Shown here in pieces: positions 12,327 through 31,057 of a stretch of DNA of 64,000 nucleotides. The stretch's first letter is position 1; each line of letters starts with the position of its first letter. The position numbers and the translations under genes were made by a program. The stretch is from the human T2T-CHM13v2.0 reference genome, Homo sapiens, in assembly GCF_009914755.1 (NCBI RefSeq), contig NC_060930.1, one strand, 5' to 3'. The notes beneath the pieces are model-generated. The model was given only the letters and a program-made list of their open reading frames with translations. It was not told the DNA's origin and searched no databases.

Positions 12327-14119
12327 CTGTAAATACATCAGTGTAAATTAGAAAAATTATAATTTAAATGTTTTCAGAAAAGCCTATTAACATTATTCCA
12401 AAAGGAATAAGGCTTTGTTTAAATTATATGGTATTATTAATCATTTTTTAATACATACCTGTGATCTTAGCCAAAAAGCTCCTATTTATGTATTTGGAAA
12501 GAATTACAGTAAACTACATTTTCAATGTATGCTCTTAATGATCTCTTTTGGGAATTTAAGAATAAAATAAACTTTGGCCTAAACTGATACTTAACAATAC
12601 AGTATATGTTTTGGAAAACTAGTGAAATATGAAGAAAAAACATGACAAATGTGATTTTTTAATGTTTAGTAGAGCCAGTATATACTGATGATGTGCTAGC
12701 AGGAGTTAATGATGACTACATGAATTTGAGACAGGATAGAGTGCCAGTGGATGATAACGGTCTAGTTATAGTTGGGCTACTTATAGGACTTCTGTTTGTT
12801 AGTTGTCATTTTTAAAATTGTTTTTCAAACAATCTATATTCCAGTCTACTGTATTTCATTAACTGCAATCTATAAGTTGCTAAAGAACACACACTGGTGT
12901 TCTGGCTTCCACTGCCCTCACTTCTAATTAATTTGTAGGAAACAGTCCTGTGCCTTAAATCATATTTAGTAAACTTTCTATTATAAAATAAATGGGACCC
13001 CAAATGAAAGAATGTTTTTTCTAATGTAAACACCAAATATTTTAAGACCAAAAATATGACTTCTCATGACTTTAAGTTGGTAGAAGCTGATTTATTAATG
13101 AAGTGAATTTAACTATGTATTTATTATTTTAAATCTGTTATAAGAACACAAAATAATTTCATAAAAGGGATCAAAGGCCATGTTGGCACAATTTCACTGA
13201 AATAGCATCAATAAAATGCTTTAGTAATTTACCTTTCCTATAGTTTGAGGCACACAGCTTTGCATTTTCATCTTGCAGAATTAAATTATTTCTCCATTCA
13301 TATCAGAAATAATCATCCACTTTTTTTCAGCACCCACCATATGCCAGTCACTAGGCTAATTACTTTTACACAATTTTCTTAAGTTCTCATTCAATTATTG
13401 TAAGTTGTGAAATACATTATTATTTATCACTTTTATAAATGAGGAAACATACCCATGGAAATTACATTAGTTGCTTTGGCCATATTACTTACAAATTTTA
13501 CAGTGGTTAATAAAATTAAGTTTGTCCTAACTTTAAGTGCATTATTTTACTCTGCTATTCCATAGATGAAGACCTTTATGTATTTTACTCTACTACTCCA
13601 CAGATAGTAAGATATATGTACTTTACGTCTCTCATTCTGAGGGGCTAGCTAGATATCCAGAAATCACTCCAAATACCAACTTAATGAAAGGTAGCAACCC
13701 TTCCTATTGAGGATGAGCATGTAATAGCATAGAGAAGAAGAGAAGAGCTTTAGCATATCCTAAAAGTTGATGAGTTTCAATTTTCCTTTTGAGTTGGAAT
13801 GGACTGAATTGGCCAAGAGCAGTTAAAGACACATGTGACATTCGGGCTTACTTTGTGTTGCAGTTTCCAAAGAGCAGGATCAGGTCTATGAATTGAAGAA
13901 CCAATATTCAGCCACTAAGAAGAATCAGACCCAAATGGTGTTGAATGAACACTGGGCAGCAGCAACTCTGAGAAAGTGTTTCTAAACAGAGCAGGTTTTA
14001 TTGATCCAAAAAAAAAAAAAGGCCAAAGATTTTCTACTCTCAGTACACACTAGGTAAGAGACCCCCCAAATACTATCTGCAATGTGTGGCTCAGAGAGGT
14101 TTGACCCAAAGGCGGAGGA

Positions 14120-14247
14120 CTAATGTGTACTAGGCTTAATACCTGGATGATAAAATAATCTGCACAACAAATCCCCATGACCCAAGTTTACCTATGTAAG
14201 AAACATGCGCTTGTATCCCTGAACTTTAAAGTTTTTTTTTTCAAAAA
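14120..14247 (+). mobile_element. Short L1PA12/13-like 3' end fragment
   Basis: gtactaggcttaatacctggatgataaaataatctgcacaacaaatccccatgac...tatccctgaac. Confidence 0.75.
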
Positions 14248-16129
14248 GGGAAAACTTTCCTACTGAGTTTCAGGCAATCATCTCCAATCCCCCACTCCCA
14301 GTGATGGCTTGAAATCTAAGAAGCACTTCCAAGTCTTACTCATAAGAAAAATGTCATCCTATCAACTCAGCCTGCTGTCAAGGAAAAAGAAAGTTTCAAT
14401 AGTAGCCTTGACATTTAAGAATGTAAAACAGAGAAAACAAAAGCAAAGTAAACAAAAGCAAACTCTGGAACAACATGGACCTTTTTAATAAATGTGTTTA
14501 CAAAAGTGCATTAACTTCTGTTGAAATGCTCAGAGAGACTTATAGCTAACTAATTTGAGCTACTCTAGGTGTCCAGCAGCCATTTTAGTCAGAGGCCAAT
14601 TGTTTTAAATACAGGGGGAGAGAAAAGGAAGACCTTTCAGATTACCGTGTTTCTAAAATGTCCAATTTATAGTTTGTTTTTATGTAAAACTATTTTGAGA
14701 CTTTAGGGTAAGGGTAACCTCAGGATTGTGATGGAAATATTTAAGGTGTCATTTTAGTGGTAAAATGGGAAATGATACATAGGAAAGCAGCGAGGATCTG
14801 TGAAGATACATGAAAGGGAAGGAAAAAAAATAATGAAAATAAAATATAATAGTGGAAAAGAGGAGACAAAAACAATACTCTTATCCTCTTTTACTTTTTC
14901 CTTCCTAAAATGATTTCTTACCACTGATTTAAATATCTTTCTATTATTAGGTTTCCTTTTGCCAATAAAGCCAACATTCATTAGTTAATTAGCTTTATTT
15001 CTTGGACATAGCATTCCAAACTTGTCCAGTGACCTATGGAATGCACACTACTGATTTTAATGAGAAGTGTCAGGCACTGTTGGGAACACAGCATGAATAG
15101 AGTAGGGACAGCAATATCAGAACAAAATTCCATCACCAGCATTTTGGTAAATGTTTTATGTAATACAGAACTACTAGTATTTATAACTGCTATTTATTTT
15201 TAAAGTTAATTTATAAGATAAAAATCAGTGAAACAATATTTACTACATTTTAAATAGGTTTCAAAATGTATTTTTTCAAAATATTAAGAAAAGCCCATAA
15301 ATTTAATATAATTAAAAATAAAATGTTCAATATTTTACTAACAGTAAAAATTATTACTGTATTAAAATAATAATTTCATAAAGCAAAAAATTAGAAAAAA
15401 TATTTTTTAAAGAGTTAACTTCAAATTGGAAGTATACTTTTGCTTAAAGTTTTCTAGCTGCTGAAATAGCTTTTTCAAATTCTATACTATTCTAGTAAAT
15501 GGAAAGGAGATAGTTATAAACTAACTTCAGATAGTTTTCTCTGCTGTGGTAACTTGAAATACTCTCATCACTTGTTTGTAAACTTGGAATCAACTTTTGA
15601 TACATTTTTTTCCAGGAAATGAACAGTTATATTTGTAATTTTTATAATGTTTAAGTTGTAATTTTTGTCTTAAAGCATTGTAGTTCACATTTGTCTCTTT
15701 GGTTTCATCATGCATACATGGGGATTCTGATGGAAAGTTACTTGTATCAGTTTCAATGCTGTCATTGAACCTATTCCGCTACTTGGGCAAAAAACCCTTT
15801 GAAGTAAATTAAGATTTATTCTTATAATAGAATCTTTGCAATACTATTGCATGCTTACATACTGTGACTTGTGTGGGCATAGACAAATGTCCAGACCTAT
15901 GGACTACTTCATATGATGAATTTATCTTTTAAGCATAAACTGAGCAACAAGGTCACTGCCTGGATTTCAGGAAGCAAATAATTCAGATGTAAAAGTGATT
16001 TAAAGATGAAAATAAGAATCTTAGACAAAACCATCTGTATTTGATAATTAAAATTAACATGCTATACCTCTATCCTAGAATATAGAAAGCTAGTATTAAA
16101 CCTATTAAAACAGCAACTCCTCTGCCTTA

Positions 16130-18737
<2,608 letters not shown>

Positions 18738-19229
18738 TACATTGTGGATACTTGGAAAATATTCTGTGGACAAAATGAGATACAGAGGGCACAGTGGAAG
18801 AATACTGGATATTAACAAATATTGGAGGTTGTGCAAAGCATTATGGGGCTAAGGTTCCTTTAATCAGGTATGCCAGGAAGACTTAAAGATTTCATGATGT
18901 TAATTCAAATTTTATCTGCACATGTCTGTACTTATTATTTTTTATATGGAAATTAATACATTGAAGGAAGGAAGAAAGTTTATACTGATGAGAACATATG
19001 TTCTTAAATGAGGCATTTAGGGGGCCAGATTACAGGATACCTCCTGTCCCCTATAACAATATTGCAGAATGTAAAGTTGTACTAATAGTAGCAAAAGCTA
19101 CTCTTGATGAGAAAATGGCAACAATGTCCTAGATATTTTTAATAGTTATATAGTTTATGACCAGAAACTGAAGTTAAAAACTATATTTAAACTTTAAAAA
19201 ACTTTTCCCTATGTTAAATTTCAGAATGA

Positions 19230-21156
<1,927 letters not shown>

Positions 21157-21444
21157 TTAGCCTTATAAATGTGACTATTGATTTCAAGCAAAGAAAAATA
21201 TAGCAGCCCAGCTTTTGAGATAATTAACTCCAAAAGATTAAGCTTTCCTGTTGAAAATTATTGAGTGACCAAGTGGAAGCATTCCATTAATTAATACATT
21301 CCTCATGCAAATATGTGATTGCTATTTTAAAAATCATTTTTCAAAATTAATAAGAAAATATAATTTTATTATATGTTGAAATATGTCAACCTATGCATTT
21401 CTGCAAATGCAGTGTCTTATTTCATAGTCACAGTGCATACTTAG

Positions 21445-21506
21445 TTAGTTATATTTGTGACATAAACTGAAAACCTTAGTTATATTTGTGACATAAACTG
21501 AAAACC
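21445..21506. repeat. Perfect 31-bp tandem duplication
   Basis: ttagttatatttgtgacataaactgaaaacc x2. Confidence 0.95.
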
Positions 21507-22036
21507 TTAACTTTACCCATGACTGATGTGGTGAGATTTATCACAAGCCAAATAAAATAAATGCTGAAGCTGACTTGGGGATGGGGGTGGGGGAAGTTAT
21601 GTTAATACATCAAATTGAAATTTAAGTAGTGTAAGTTATAATAATCTAAATCCAGTGAGTAGAAAACAAAAAAAAACACAATAAGCTGAGAATATAAAAG
21701 AGAATATCATTATCGTTGAAATATCTCAGAATTTTGGAGGAGAAAATAAAAGGCTTAGAAAGCAAAATTCTCTATATCACAACATTTCTGATTTTTAAAA
21801 ACATAGTATTCATATTTCTCTAATATTTAGTCAGTGGCATATTTTACAAAGTTTTCTCCCAATTAATTTGGTTAAATAGTTGATTTTCAGACTTGAAAAA
21901 TTTTTATGAGAAAGACACCAGCTGGTTTAACAAAACTTTATTTCCTGGCTCATTTCCTCATTTTACTCTAAATAGTAAAAATTTGATCCTCCTGATATGT
22001 TGAGAATATTGGAGTCATTGCATTCAGTAAAAATTA

Positions 22037-22077
22037 GTGTGTGTGTATGTGCGCACGTGTGTGTGTGTGTGTGTGCA
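22037..22077. repeat. Imperfect (GT)n / alternating purine-pyrimidine tract
   Basis: gtgtgtgtgtatgtgcgcacgtgtgt...gca. Confidence 0.95.
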
Positions 22078-22884
22078 AAATGGCAATATTAATAATGTAG
22101 TTCATGATAATCTTCAAAGCCATTAAGTGATTTTGGTGAATAAACACTTTCCACTCTACAAAAGTGGGAAGTATGGTGGAGAATTCAGAAACCTACATGT
22201 CAGGTCACAATGACTTTCCCTTCTCTACTCATGAACCTCCATCCAAGAGGTGATCAGAGACCCTAGGAAGCATCAGTGGAGCTGTGTCCTGTAGCGCCGT
22301 GGACACTGCCACCTGTGTAAGTGAAGTGCAGCACAGAGTCCTGTAGCTGTAGCACTGCCTTTGGAGAAATTTCCAAATGTCTATCGAGCTCTGTGAGCTC
22401 CTGAGAGAACCCAGCACTATTAACTTTATGCCAACACTCACAATCAACCCACTATGATCTACCTTTGAGGCCATTAAAATTAATCCCTTTTTACCATTAC
22501 CTCAGATATCCCAGGAAGCCAGTGGTTTCCAAGTCATCCCTCACTGTGTGGTTCTTTTCCCCCAAGCAGCTCTGTACACTTCTTTCATATTCTTCTTAGG
22601 AATCTCTTTCCTTTGACTGTAAACTCTCAAGTGGTGGTTATTCTTTCTCCCTCTTCTCTCACAGCCCAATGTCTACATGTTGTATAGTTGTCTTCATCTT
22701 TTCCTCATGTCCCGTCCTCTTCCTTAAAAGCTTTACTTATTTCAAGATGATGCCATCAAACCATGCTACCCATATCTTCTCCTGTCATAGTCATAGCCAA
22801 CCTTCCTGAGCATCCCCTCTAATTCTTTAACATTTAACCTCTGACATGTTATATCTTTCTCTAATGTAATCCCAACCTTACTTT

Positions 22885-23186
<302 letters not shown>

Positions 23187-23204
23187 AATCTCAACCTTAC
23201 TTTG

Positions 23205-23956
23205 CTATTTTTTTCCAACTTTATCGAAGCATAATTGACAAAGTTGTACAAATTTAAAGTGTAAAGTGTGATAATGACTTGGTATATTATATAGTGTGAA
23301 ATGATTATCCTTAGTTAACATATCTGTCACCTTGCACAGTTATCATTTGTATATGTGGGGGATAGCAGGTAAGATCTATTCTCTTAGCAAATTTCAAGTA
23401 TGCAATGCCTCATTTTTAGCTATAGTCATTACCTTGAACATTAATTCCCCAGAAGTTATTCATCTTTTTCGTCTTTATTTTTTTATTGATAAATACTGTT
23501 TGTACATATTTATGAGATACACGTGATGTTTTGTTTCATGCTGAGAATGTGTGATAATCAAGTCAGATTTAGGGCATCCATCACTTCAAGTATTTACTAT
23601 TTCTATGTCTTGGAAACATTTCAAGTTCTCCCTTCTAACTCTACTGAAATATACAATATTATAACCCTTTGAACACCCCCCATTTCTCTCAACCCCAATT
23701 GCCTGAAAACCAGTATTCTGTTTCTATGACTTTGACTTTTAAAAATTTTACATATTAGTTAGATGATACAGTGTTTGTCTTTATCTGGCTGATTCATTTC
23801 ACTTAGCATAATGCCCTCAACATTCATCCATGCTGCCGCAGATGACAAAATTTCCTTCTTTATGTGGCTGTGTAATATTACATGCATACACATGCAAACA
23901 CATCACATCCTCTTTATCACAATAGCCAAGGCATGGAGAACACCTAAGTGCCTTCA
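23205..23956 (-). mobile_element. L1MA 3' fragments (two nested pieces, plus a short inverted piece at ~23913-23956)
   Basis: aagatctattctcttagcaaatttcaagta; ttggaaacatttcaagttctc; atttcacttagcataatgccctc. Confidence 0.7.
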
Positions 23957-24984
23957 TTATTTCAATATCTGCAAAGTTTATTTATTTGCAACATTAGCAT
24001 CTCCTAGGAGCATACTGTCTCAACTCAAAGATCTGAATCTTCCCTCTAACTCTACAATCTACTCCTACTCTAGTATGCTCTATACTACCATAATATATAA
24101 CTACATCATCTTCTCAATGTTAACTTACATAATCTTAATGTTAAGTATTTTATATTCTATGCACGGCCTCATTTCTCTTTCTAATTTACTCCTTGTAGTC
24201 CTTTTCTCCCCCAACGTTTATTCCATCCCACAATCCATTGACCCTACCAATCTTCAGTGTCTGTCATCCCCATCATACTCTCTGTTGCCTCCTTGTGTGA
24301 ATTAGATTACACCTTTTACTTCTATAATCACTAATTGCATACACCCTTAAATCACTCTTTCCCCTCCATTGTCATAGCCTGATAAAGCTCGACCCTACTT
24401 TAATTCAACACCCTAGCTATTTCTGACGGGTATATGAGTAAATTACACTTGGTTTGAGATTGACACATATTATTGTAGGCTGAACTTACTTTAAATCCAT
24501 GTTCGCTAACTTCAAGGAGATGCTGTAGCATATCAGTAATACTCTATTTTCCTCATACTCACTTGGATTACTATTTCATTAGACATTTTTGCTTATTTCA
24601 CTTGAGTAACAGAGCCATCAGAAGACACTTTCCAAATGATTCAACAACCACACATTCAAAGCAACCTATTCTATTTTTTCTTCTATTACAATTCATTTAA
24701 CATCTGCCATCCTATCTAAGCTAACTCTTCTGCTTGTGCCCTATATCCCAACCCATTTCTACTACTATCTAAATATAAACTATTTTGAACTTTCCTTAGT
24801 TGCCAGTTTATTAGCTTCTCTAATAATTGTCTGTATTTTTATCATCCTAACTCATGGAGTCCTTTTAAATCTCATGTTCTAATCCATTAACTCCCTCAAA
24901 TATGAGTGTCCCAAGTCTCAGTCGAAAACCTTCTCATGTTCCTATCTGGGTTCAATGTGAGGTAATTTCATTGAGTTTCCTGTT

Positions 24985-25407
24985 GTATTTTTATTTTTTC
25001 TAAGCTAACCTCTTTTATTTATTTATTTATTTTACATTTAGAGACTACAAGTGCAGTTTTTTGTTTGTTTGCTTGTTTTTTGTTATTTTAACATGGGTAT
25101 ATTACATAGCGGTGAAGTCTGGGCTTTTAGTGTACCCATAACCCGAATAGTGAACATTTTACCCAATAGTTCATATTTCATTCTTACACCCTCTCCCACC
25201 ATCCCACCTTTTAGAGTCTCCAATATCTATTATTTTACCCTGTATGTCAATGTGTACCCATTGTCTAGTTTCCACTTATAAGTGAAAAGATTAGGTTTTT
25301 TACTTTCTGGTTCCGAGTCATTTCACTTATGATAATGGTCTCCAGTTCCATCCGTGCTACTGCAAAGACATGATTTTATTATTTTGGGTGGCTAAGTTGT
25401 ATTTCAT

Positions 25408-25448
<41 letters not shown>

Positions 25449-26469
25449 CATGTTTTTAATCCAGTCATCCATTGATGGACACTTAGGCTGATTCCATGAC
25501 TTTGCTATTGTGAATTGTACTGTGATAAACATATGAGTGCAGGTGCTATTTTGATATAATGATTCCTTTTCTTTTGGCTAGATATCCAGTAGTAGCATTG
25601 CTGGATAAAATGGTAATTCTATTTTTAGCTCTTTGAGAAATCTTCATACTGTTTTCTATAGAGATGTACTAATTTATTTTTCTATCAACAGTGTGTAAGC
25701 ATACCCTTCTCTCTGCATCCTTGCCAACATCTGTTGTTTCTTGACTTTTTAGTAATAACCATTCTGACTGGTGTAAAATGGCATCTCACTGTGGTTTTAA
25801 TTTGTATTTATCTGATGATTAAAGATGTTGAGCATTTTTTATATGTTTTTTGGCTGCTTTTATATCTTCTTTTAAAAAATATTTGTTCATGCCTTTTGCT
25901 GACTTTTTAGTGGGGTTATTTGATTTTTTCCTTGCAGAGGTGTTTGAGTTTCTTGTAGATTCTGAATACTAGCCTTTTGATGTATGTTTTCCTTGAAAAT
26001 GTTTCTCCTATTCTATAGTTTGTCTGTTTACTCTGGTGACTTAAAATTATACTAAAAGGTTATAGTAACCAAAACAGCATGGTATTGATATATAAAAATA
26101 GACACATAGATTAATGAAACAGAATAGAGAACCACATACCTACAACAAATTGATCTTTGAAAAAGTCAACAAAAATATACATTGGGGAAAGAACATCCTA
26201 TTCAATAAATAGTGCTGGGAAAAATAAAGAATTATATGCAGAAGAATAAAACTAGACCCCTATCTTTTACCATATTCAAAAATTAACTCAAGTTAGATTA
26301 AAAACTTAAGACCTGTCATTTTAAAAATCCTAGAAAAAAAAACTAGGAGAAACTCTTCCAGACATTGGCCTAGGCAAAGAATTAATGACTAAGTTCTCAA
26401 AAGGAAATGCAACAAAACAAAAATAGACAAAAATTGAATATAATTAAACTAAAAGGTTTCTGCACAGCA
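24985..26469 (-). mobile_element. L1PB4-like element with twin-priming 5' inversion (minus to ~26038, plus ~26040-26469)
   Basis: 3' end gtgaagtctgggcttttagtgtaccc; orientation switch at ~26039; flanking agtttcctg at 24974-24982 and 26470-26478. Confidence 0.85.
25409..25446. repeat. (GT)19 microsatellite
   Basis: Perfect run inside the L1PB element. Confidence 0.97.
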
Positions 26470-27514
26470 AGTTTCCTGGTTTTAAATGTCATGTCTCTGG
26501 CACTGGCTTCCAAATTTATATATTTAGCCCGATAGCTTCTCTAAAATGGAAACATACTTGATATCTACTTCAATATCTCTACTTGGCTCTATTAGGTGTC
26601 TTGTCTAACATGTTCAAAACTGACATCTTGTTTTACACTCCTGCCAACCAGGCCCTTCTTTCTACAGATTTTTCCATTTTGGAAATGGTATTAGAAAACT
26701 GTTAAGGTTTATTTCCCAACCTTTCAATTGAGCAAACAACCTTAGAGTTACCCTTGACTTATTTCTGTTACCTCACATCTAATCCTTCAGCAAAAGATTG
26801 AACTATTCTTAGAAATATATTCCAGATCTGATCCTTAATTACCACCATCGCGAGTCATCTTGATGGCAGTGTCAGTCACCACCAACTCTGGGCTACATAC
26901 TCATAGTAGCTTTCTAGCTGGTCTCCCTTCCCTTGGGAACATACACCTACACTCTATTTAATAAAATTGAGTCAGAGTGATCATTTAAAGCAGTATCTGC
27001 CTACTGGAATGTAAGTTTCTAATGAAAAGAGCTTTTTTTCTTTTTAATTTGTTTGGCCTTTTTTATGGTTGCAGAAGAGTTTTACTTAGAGTAGGAAAGT
27101 TTCTGAAAAATATATAAATATTCTTTAAATTAAACAAATTAGTCATTTCATGTCACCGCCCAAGTCAAGACCTTCCATTTCAATCAGTAAGATCCAAAAT
27201 CATTATTATAAACAAATTATATAATGAATCAAATAAATTAGTTAGAAAATATTCTATACATAGCATAGTAAAATAATTTAGAAATACAGACATGAATAAA
27301 ACACATTCTTCTTGAATATCTTACAGTAGAGTAGAATTTCTTAGTAATTCAAAATCATTTTCATAGTCAGCAATATTACAGAAATATTTGATTTTCTTTT
27401 AGTAGATAACTAATAATTGAGTGAGCAATAAAACTACTTGTATGGCTGAAGATTAACCATTTAAAATATGTGAGCAATCTAACTCAGTGGTTTGTAAAGA
27501 AGTTCAGTATATTT

Positions 27515-28040
27515 ACGTGGAAAGTTTTCAGTTGTAAATAACATAATCCTAACTCAAACAGACTAAACCAATGCAGGGAATTATTGGCTCATATTGTTAA
27601 ACTGTCTATAGGTAGTTCTTTCTTCATAAACAATTTGATCATTGTTCTGGCTCTCCTTTTAATCCTTTCAGCTCTATATCTGTTTTGGCTTTGTCTCCTT
27701 GCTGGACTTCATGGTTGCAAAATGACCTCCAGTTGCCCAATTACATGCTGCAATACAATTTCTTAGTGTTACTGTAGAGTGTGACTTTCATTTCCCTTTA
27801 AAACCTCTAGTAGGAGTTTCAGTGTTAATCTTAAGTGCAGACTTTCTTCCAAATGGTTCAAGTATCAACATGCAAAAGTGCCAAATATACCTTGAAAAAA
27901 TTTACCTGCTAGGGCCAAACAAGCAAGTAGGGGGTAAAAAAGTTATTTCACTTTTGTAGACGGAAAGCAGTAATGCTGGAGAAGAGTGAGAGGAATTCTC
28001 TAGGAATTCCTAGTATTTGGATGGCTAAACCACCACCCAA
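27515..28040 (-). mobile_element. Ancient MLT1 (K/L-type) LTR remnant
   Basis: ttttcagttgtaaataacataatcctaactcaaacagactaaacc...gggaattattggctcat resembles the MLT1 terminus. Confidence 0.45.
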
Positions 28041-28756
28041 ATACTGGTCAAGTATCCTTTTTAAAATATTTGTTTCTTTTTTTGCAGTTGCTGTATTTCA
28101 CAAACTCCATTTTATTTTCAAATAATTTTCCAAAGTATTCACATAAACAATCAAACCATTCTTCTATAATTTAAGAGAGTCACCAAAGTTGTATTCTATC
28201 TGTCTGATACCTCCAAGACATCAATTATTCCTTTTCCTTTCCTATCAGACTCTACTTGTGTGCTACCTGCTCCCAGCATTGCCACTTTTGATACTTTACA
28301 ACTCCTTCTGCTCATAATAATAACATTTTTATGCTAACTTCCCATAGACACCTAAAGCTTTCAGTCTTCTAGGTGGTAAGGAATTTTCTGATTTTTAACT
28401 ACTGGAGAAAATTAATTTCTTTCTAACTGTATTGCTTTAAGTTACTAGGTACCAAATAAAAATTTCCATAACCAATGTTTCACTGTCTTTCTCAGGGAGG
28501 TAATTTTGTTTCAGTTTCTCTCTCATCTACCCATATAAATTTAGATCTATAGCATATGTTCAGGTAGGGAAACTAATATCATCATAATCACTCTATTCTT
28601 CTCCTTTCCACATTTGACTCCTTTTCACCTTGACACATTTTTTTTCTCCCAAATTCAGAAGAGTAAAACTTCAGTAGAAGAGTAGTTAAACTAGTTGGAA
28701 GGTATAAGACAATTTCCCTCATTGAAGCTGTTTAAGGCCAAGCTCATCTTGACTAA

Positions 28757-28937
28757 TAGTTCTCAAAGTATGGTGTCTCCAGATCAGGACAATCAGCATC
28801 ACTTACGACTTGATTGGAAATGTACATTTGCAATCCTCATCCCAGATCTATTAAATTATAAACACTAGAGACAAGGAACAACCATTTGTACTTTAGCTCT
28901 TCAAGAAGTTCTAATTTCAAAGTGTTAGAGTCACTGA
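28757..28937. mobile_element. MER5A (hAT-Charlie MITE)
   Basis: tagttctcaaagtatggt...cagcatcac...aaagtgttagagtcactg. Confidence 0.75.
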
Positions 28938-30292
28938 CCTAGGAAAACATACCTCATAAGTTAGTAACACACAGATAAATCCTTAACATAAAAGCACTGA
29001 AGTCAAGTCGTTTTTATTTTTATTATTATATTCACTGATATTCTTTGACTCATATGAGAACAGAAAAATAGATTTCAAGATTAATTTCCTGTCATTTTTT
29101 TCAACTTCATACTTAATTAATATTTATTATATCTCTATTATTTCACCTGAGTCAGAGTTAGCAATTTTTTTTTAATCAGTCAGTTTTATGTTTGGGGAGG
29201 AGATGTATTTGTTTTTTTTTTTAAGTTGATCACTTTTCTAAGTACATTCACTAATCTACTAGCACATTGAGGCATAGAAATAGAATTGTAAATTAAAAGT
29301 AAATATTTTTAAAGGGATAGTATTCAGGTTTATTGATGAATTAATATACAATTGAAGGCATGCAAAAATTTGACAGAATGGATTACAGTTTTCAATATCT
29401 TGATATAATGATAAGGTTTATTGTCAGTTCTTTTGAAAAAGTCACATTTCAAAAGGTTAATTTAAAAAAAATCTTTAAATTTGGATTCCTTTGAAATAGA
29501 TTAAAGTATCATACAGTGTGAAGTGGATGCATATTCTAAGTTTCTTTTCAGTGTGTTCCAAGGCTATTCTGTACCCCACATGTTAATTTTCTGCCTTTAT
29601 GAATATTCTAAAATTTTGAGGCTACTTACTGCTTTTCAATAATGCCCAACAGAATTTACTTGAAGCAGTCAGATAAAAGTCAGGCAAGTGTGAAGAGTAT
29701 AAATTGTATTTCTTAATGATGTGAGAAAATGTCTATAAAGCTATTTAAAATTGACTAAATTATACACCCAGATTCTTGGGTCACTTCTGCCATTTATAAA
29801 TGAGTAATCTGTGGCAAATTATTACTTAAAGAAAGAATGAATTCCTAAAAGTCTGCCTAAAGACCCTAACTAATATCTATCTGCTGAGGTTTGTGAAACA
29901 CAGGAAGAAATATTCTATTATTTTAAAATATTTCAATATTATATATGTATAACAAAAATAATACTATGGAGACATATCTCTCTCTTTTCTTTCTAGATCT
30001 TCAATTATTATTTGATTATATTAAAACCTCCATTATTAAACAAAGTATTTTTTAATAACCGTATACCTAAATTATGCTTGAGAATTTCTCAATTTCTCAA
30101 ATATTTATTTTAAATTAATACCACAACAATTAACCCAAAACATGCAAAAAAAATTTACTTTAACTTCAAATAGAATATTATATACCATTAAGTAAAAGTT
30201 AGGGTTAAAACCAGAACATCATTATATTTTTGTTCACATGATTTAAAAATCCATGTACTTTGTATTAAAAATAAACAGAAAATTAATTATAC

Positions 30293-30420
30293 CTGCAAGG
30301 ATAATCTTTCTCACATTTCTTACATGTAGCATTATTCCTCAAAGGAAATGACTCACATGATGTTTGAATGCTCTTACAAAGCAAATCTGTAAATATTGGT
30401 GAACAGATGCACATAACATC
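30293..30420 (-). CDS. EYS: EYS coding exon (exon 7, c.1057-1184); EGF-like repeats
   Basis: tctttcctag|GAT GTT ATG TGC ... CCT TGC AG|gtataa; 128 nt; DVMCICSPIFTDLLCKSIQTSCESFPLRNNATCKKCEKDYPC(S); in frame with the flanking exons (phase 0 to 2); not in the ORF track. Confidence 0.96.
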
Positions 30421-30547
30421 CTAGGAAAGATTAAAAAAATATTTTTACAAAGTATTATGGATATTTCAAAGGTAATGAATGGGTTCTTACCTGGAGAAGG
30501 GTTAAAATTATTTTCATGAACTTGGAGTAGAAATTATCTGTCAGCAA

Positions 30548-31057
30548 TGTGGCAGATTCTATTTTCCAAAATGTCACAACACCATCTCCCATCTCACACA
30601 CTCTTCCTGCTATGTGAAATCAAAGCTCCTCTATTAAGAGTTAGCAACTATATTCCCTTCCTCTTGAATGTAAGCAAGATTGTGATCATGGAGACAATGA
30701 TGCTTTAAAGGCCATATAGATTCTATCTAATTATCTTAGAATGCTTGCTCTTTGAACCCAGCCACCATGCTCTCAGGAAGCGCAGGCCACATGGAGAAAT
30801 CATGTTTAGGATTGTGGCTAATAGGCCCAGTTCTGGGCCAAGCTAACAGCCAACATTTACTACCAGACATATGAATAAGAAAACCTTCAAGATGAAGTCC
30901 AAGTCTAGACACTTTCCGATGGCAACCTCAGAGGGACTCTAAACAATATCCTAGCTGAGACAAGTCAGCTCACAGTACCATAAGAGATAATAATAAAATA
31001 ATTATTTTAAGCCACCAAGTTTTGGGGTGACTATGCATAGAAAATAAACCATTGGCA
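30548..31057 (+). mobile_element. MLT1H-like LTR (ERVL-MaLR)
   Basis: tgtggcagattctattttccaaa...gaacccagccaccatgct...ttttaagccaccaagttttgggg. Confidence 0.8.

Noticed and set aside
23811-24305. 164-aa hydrophobic ORF
   Set aside because: Spans L1MA and L2 relics; composition reflects T/C-rich DNA, with no recognisable domain or splice support
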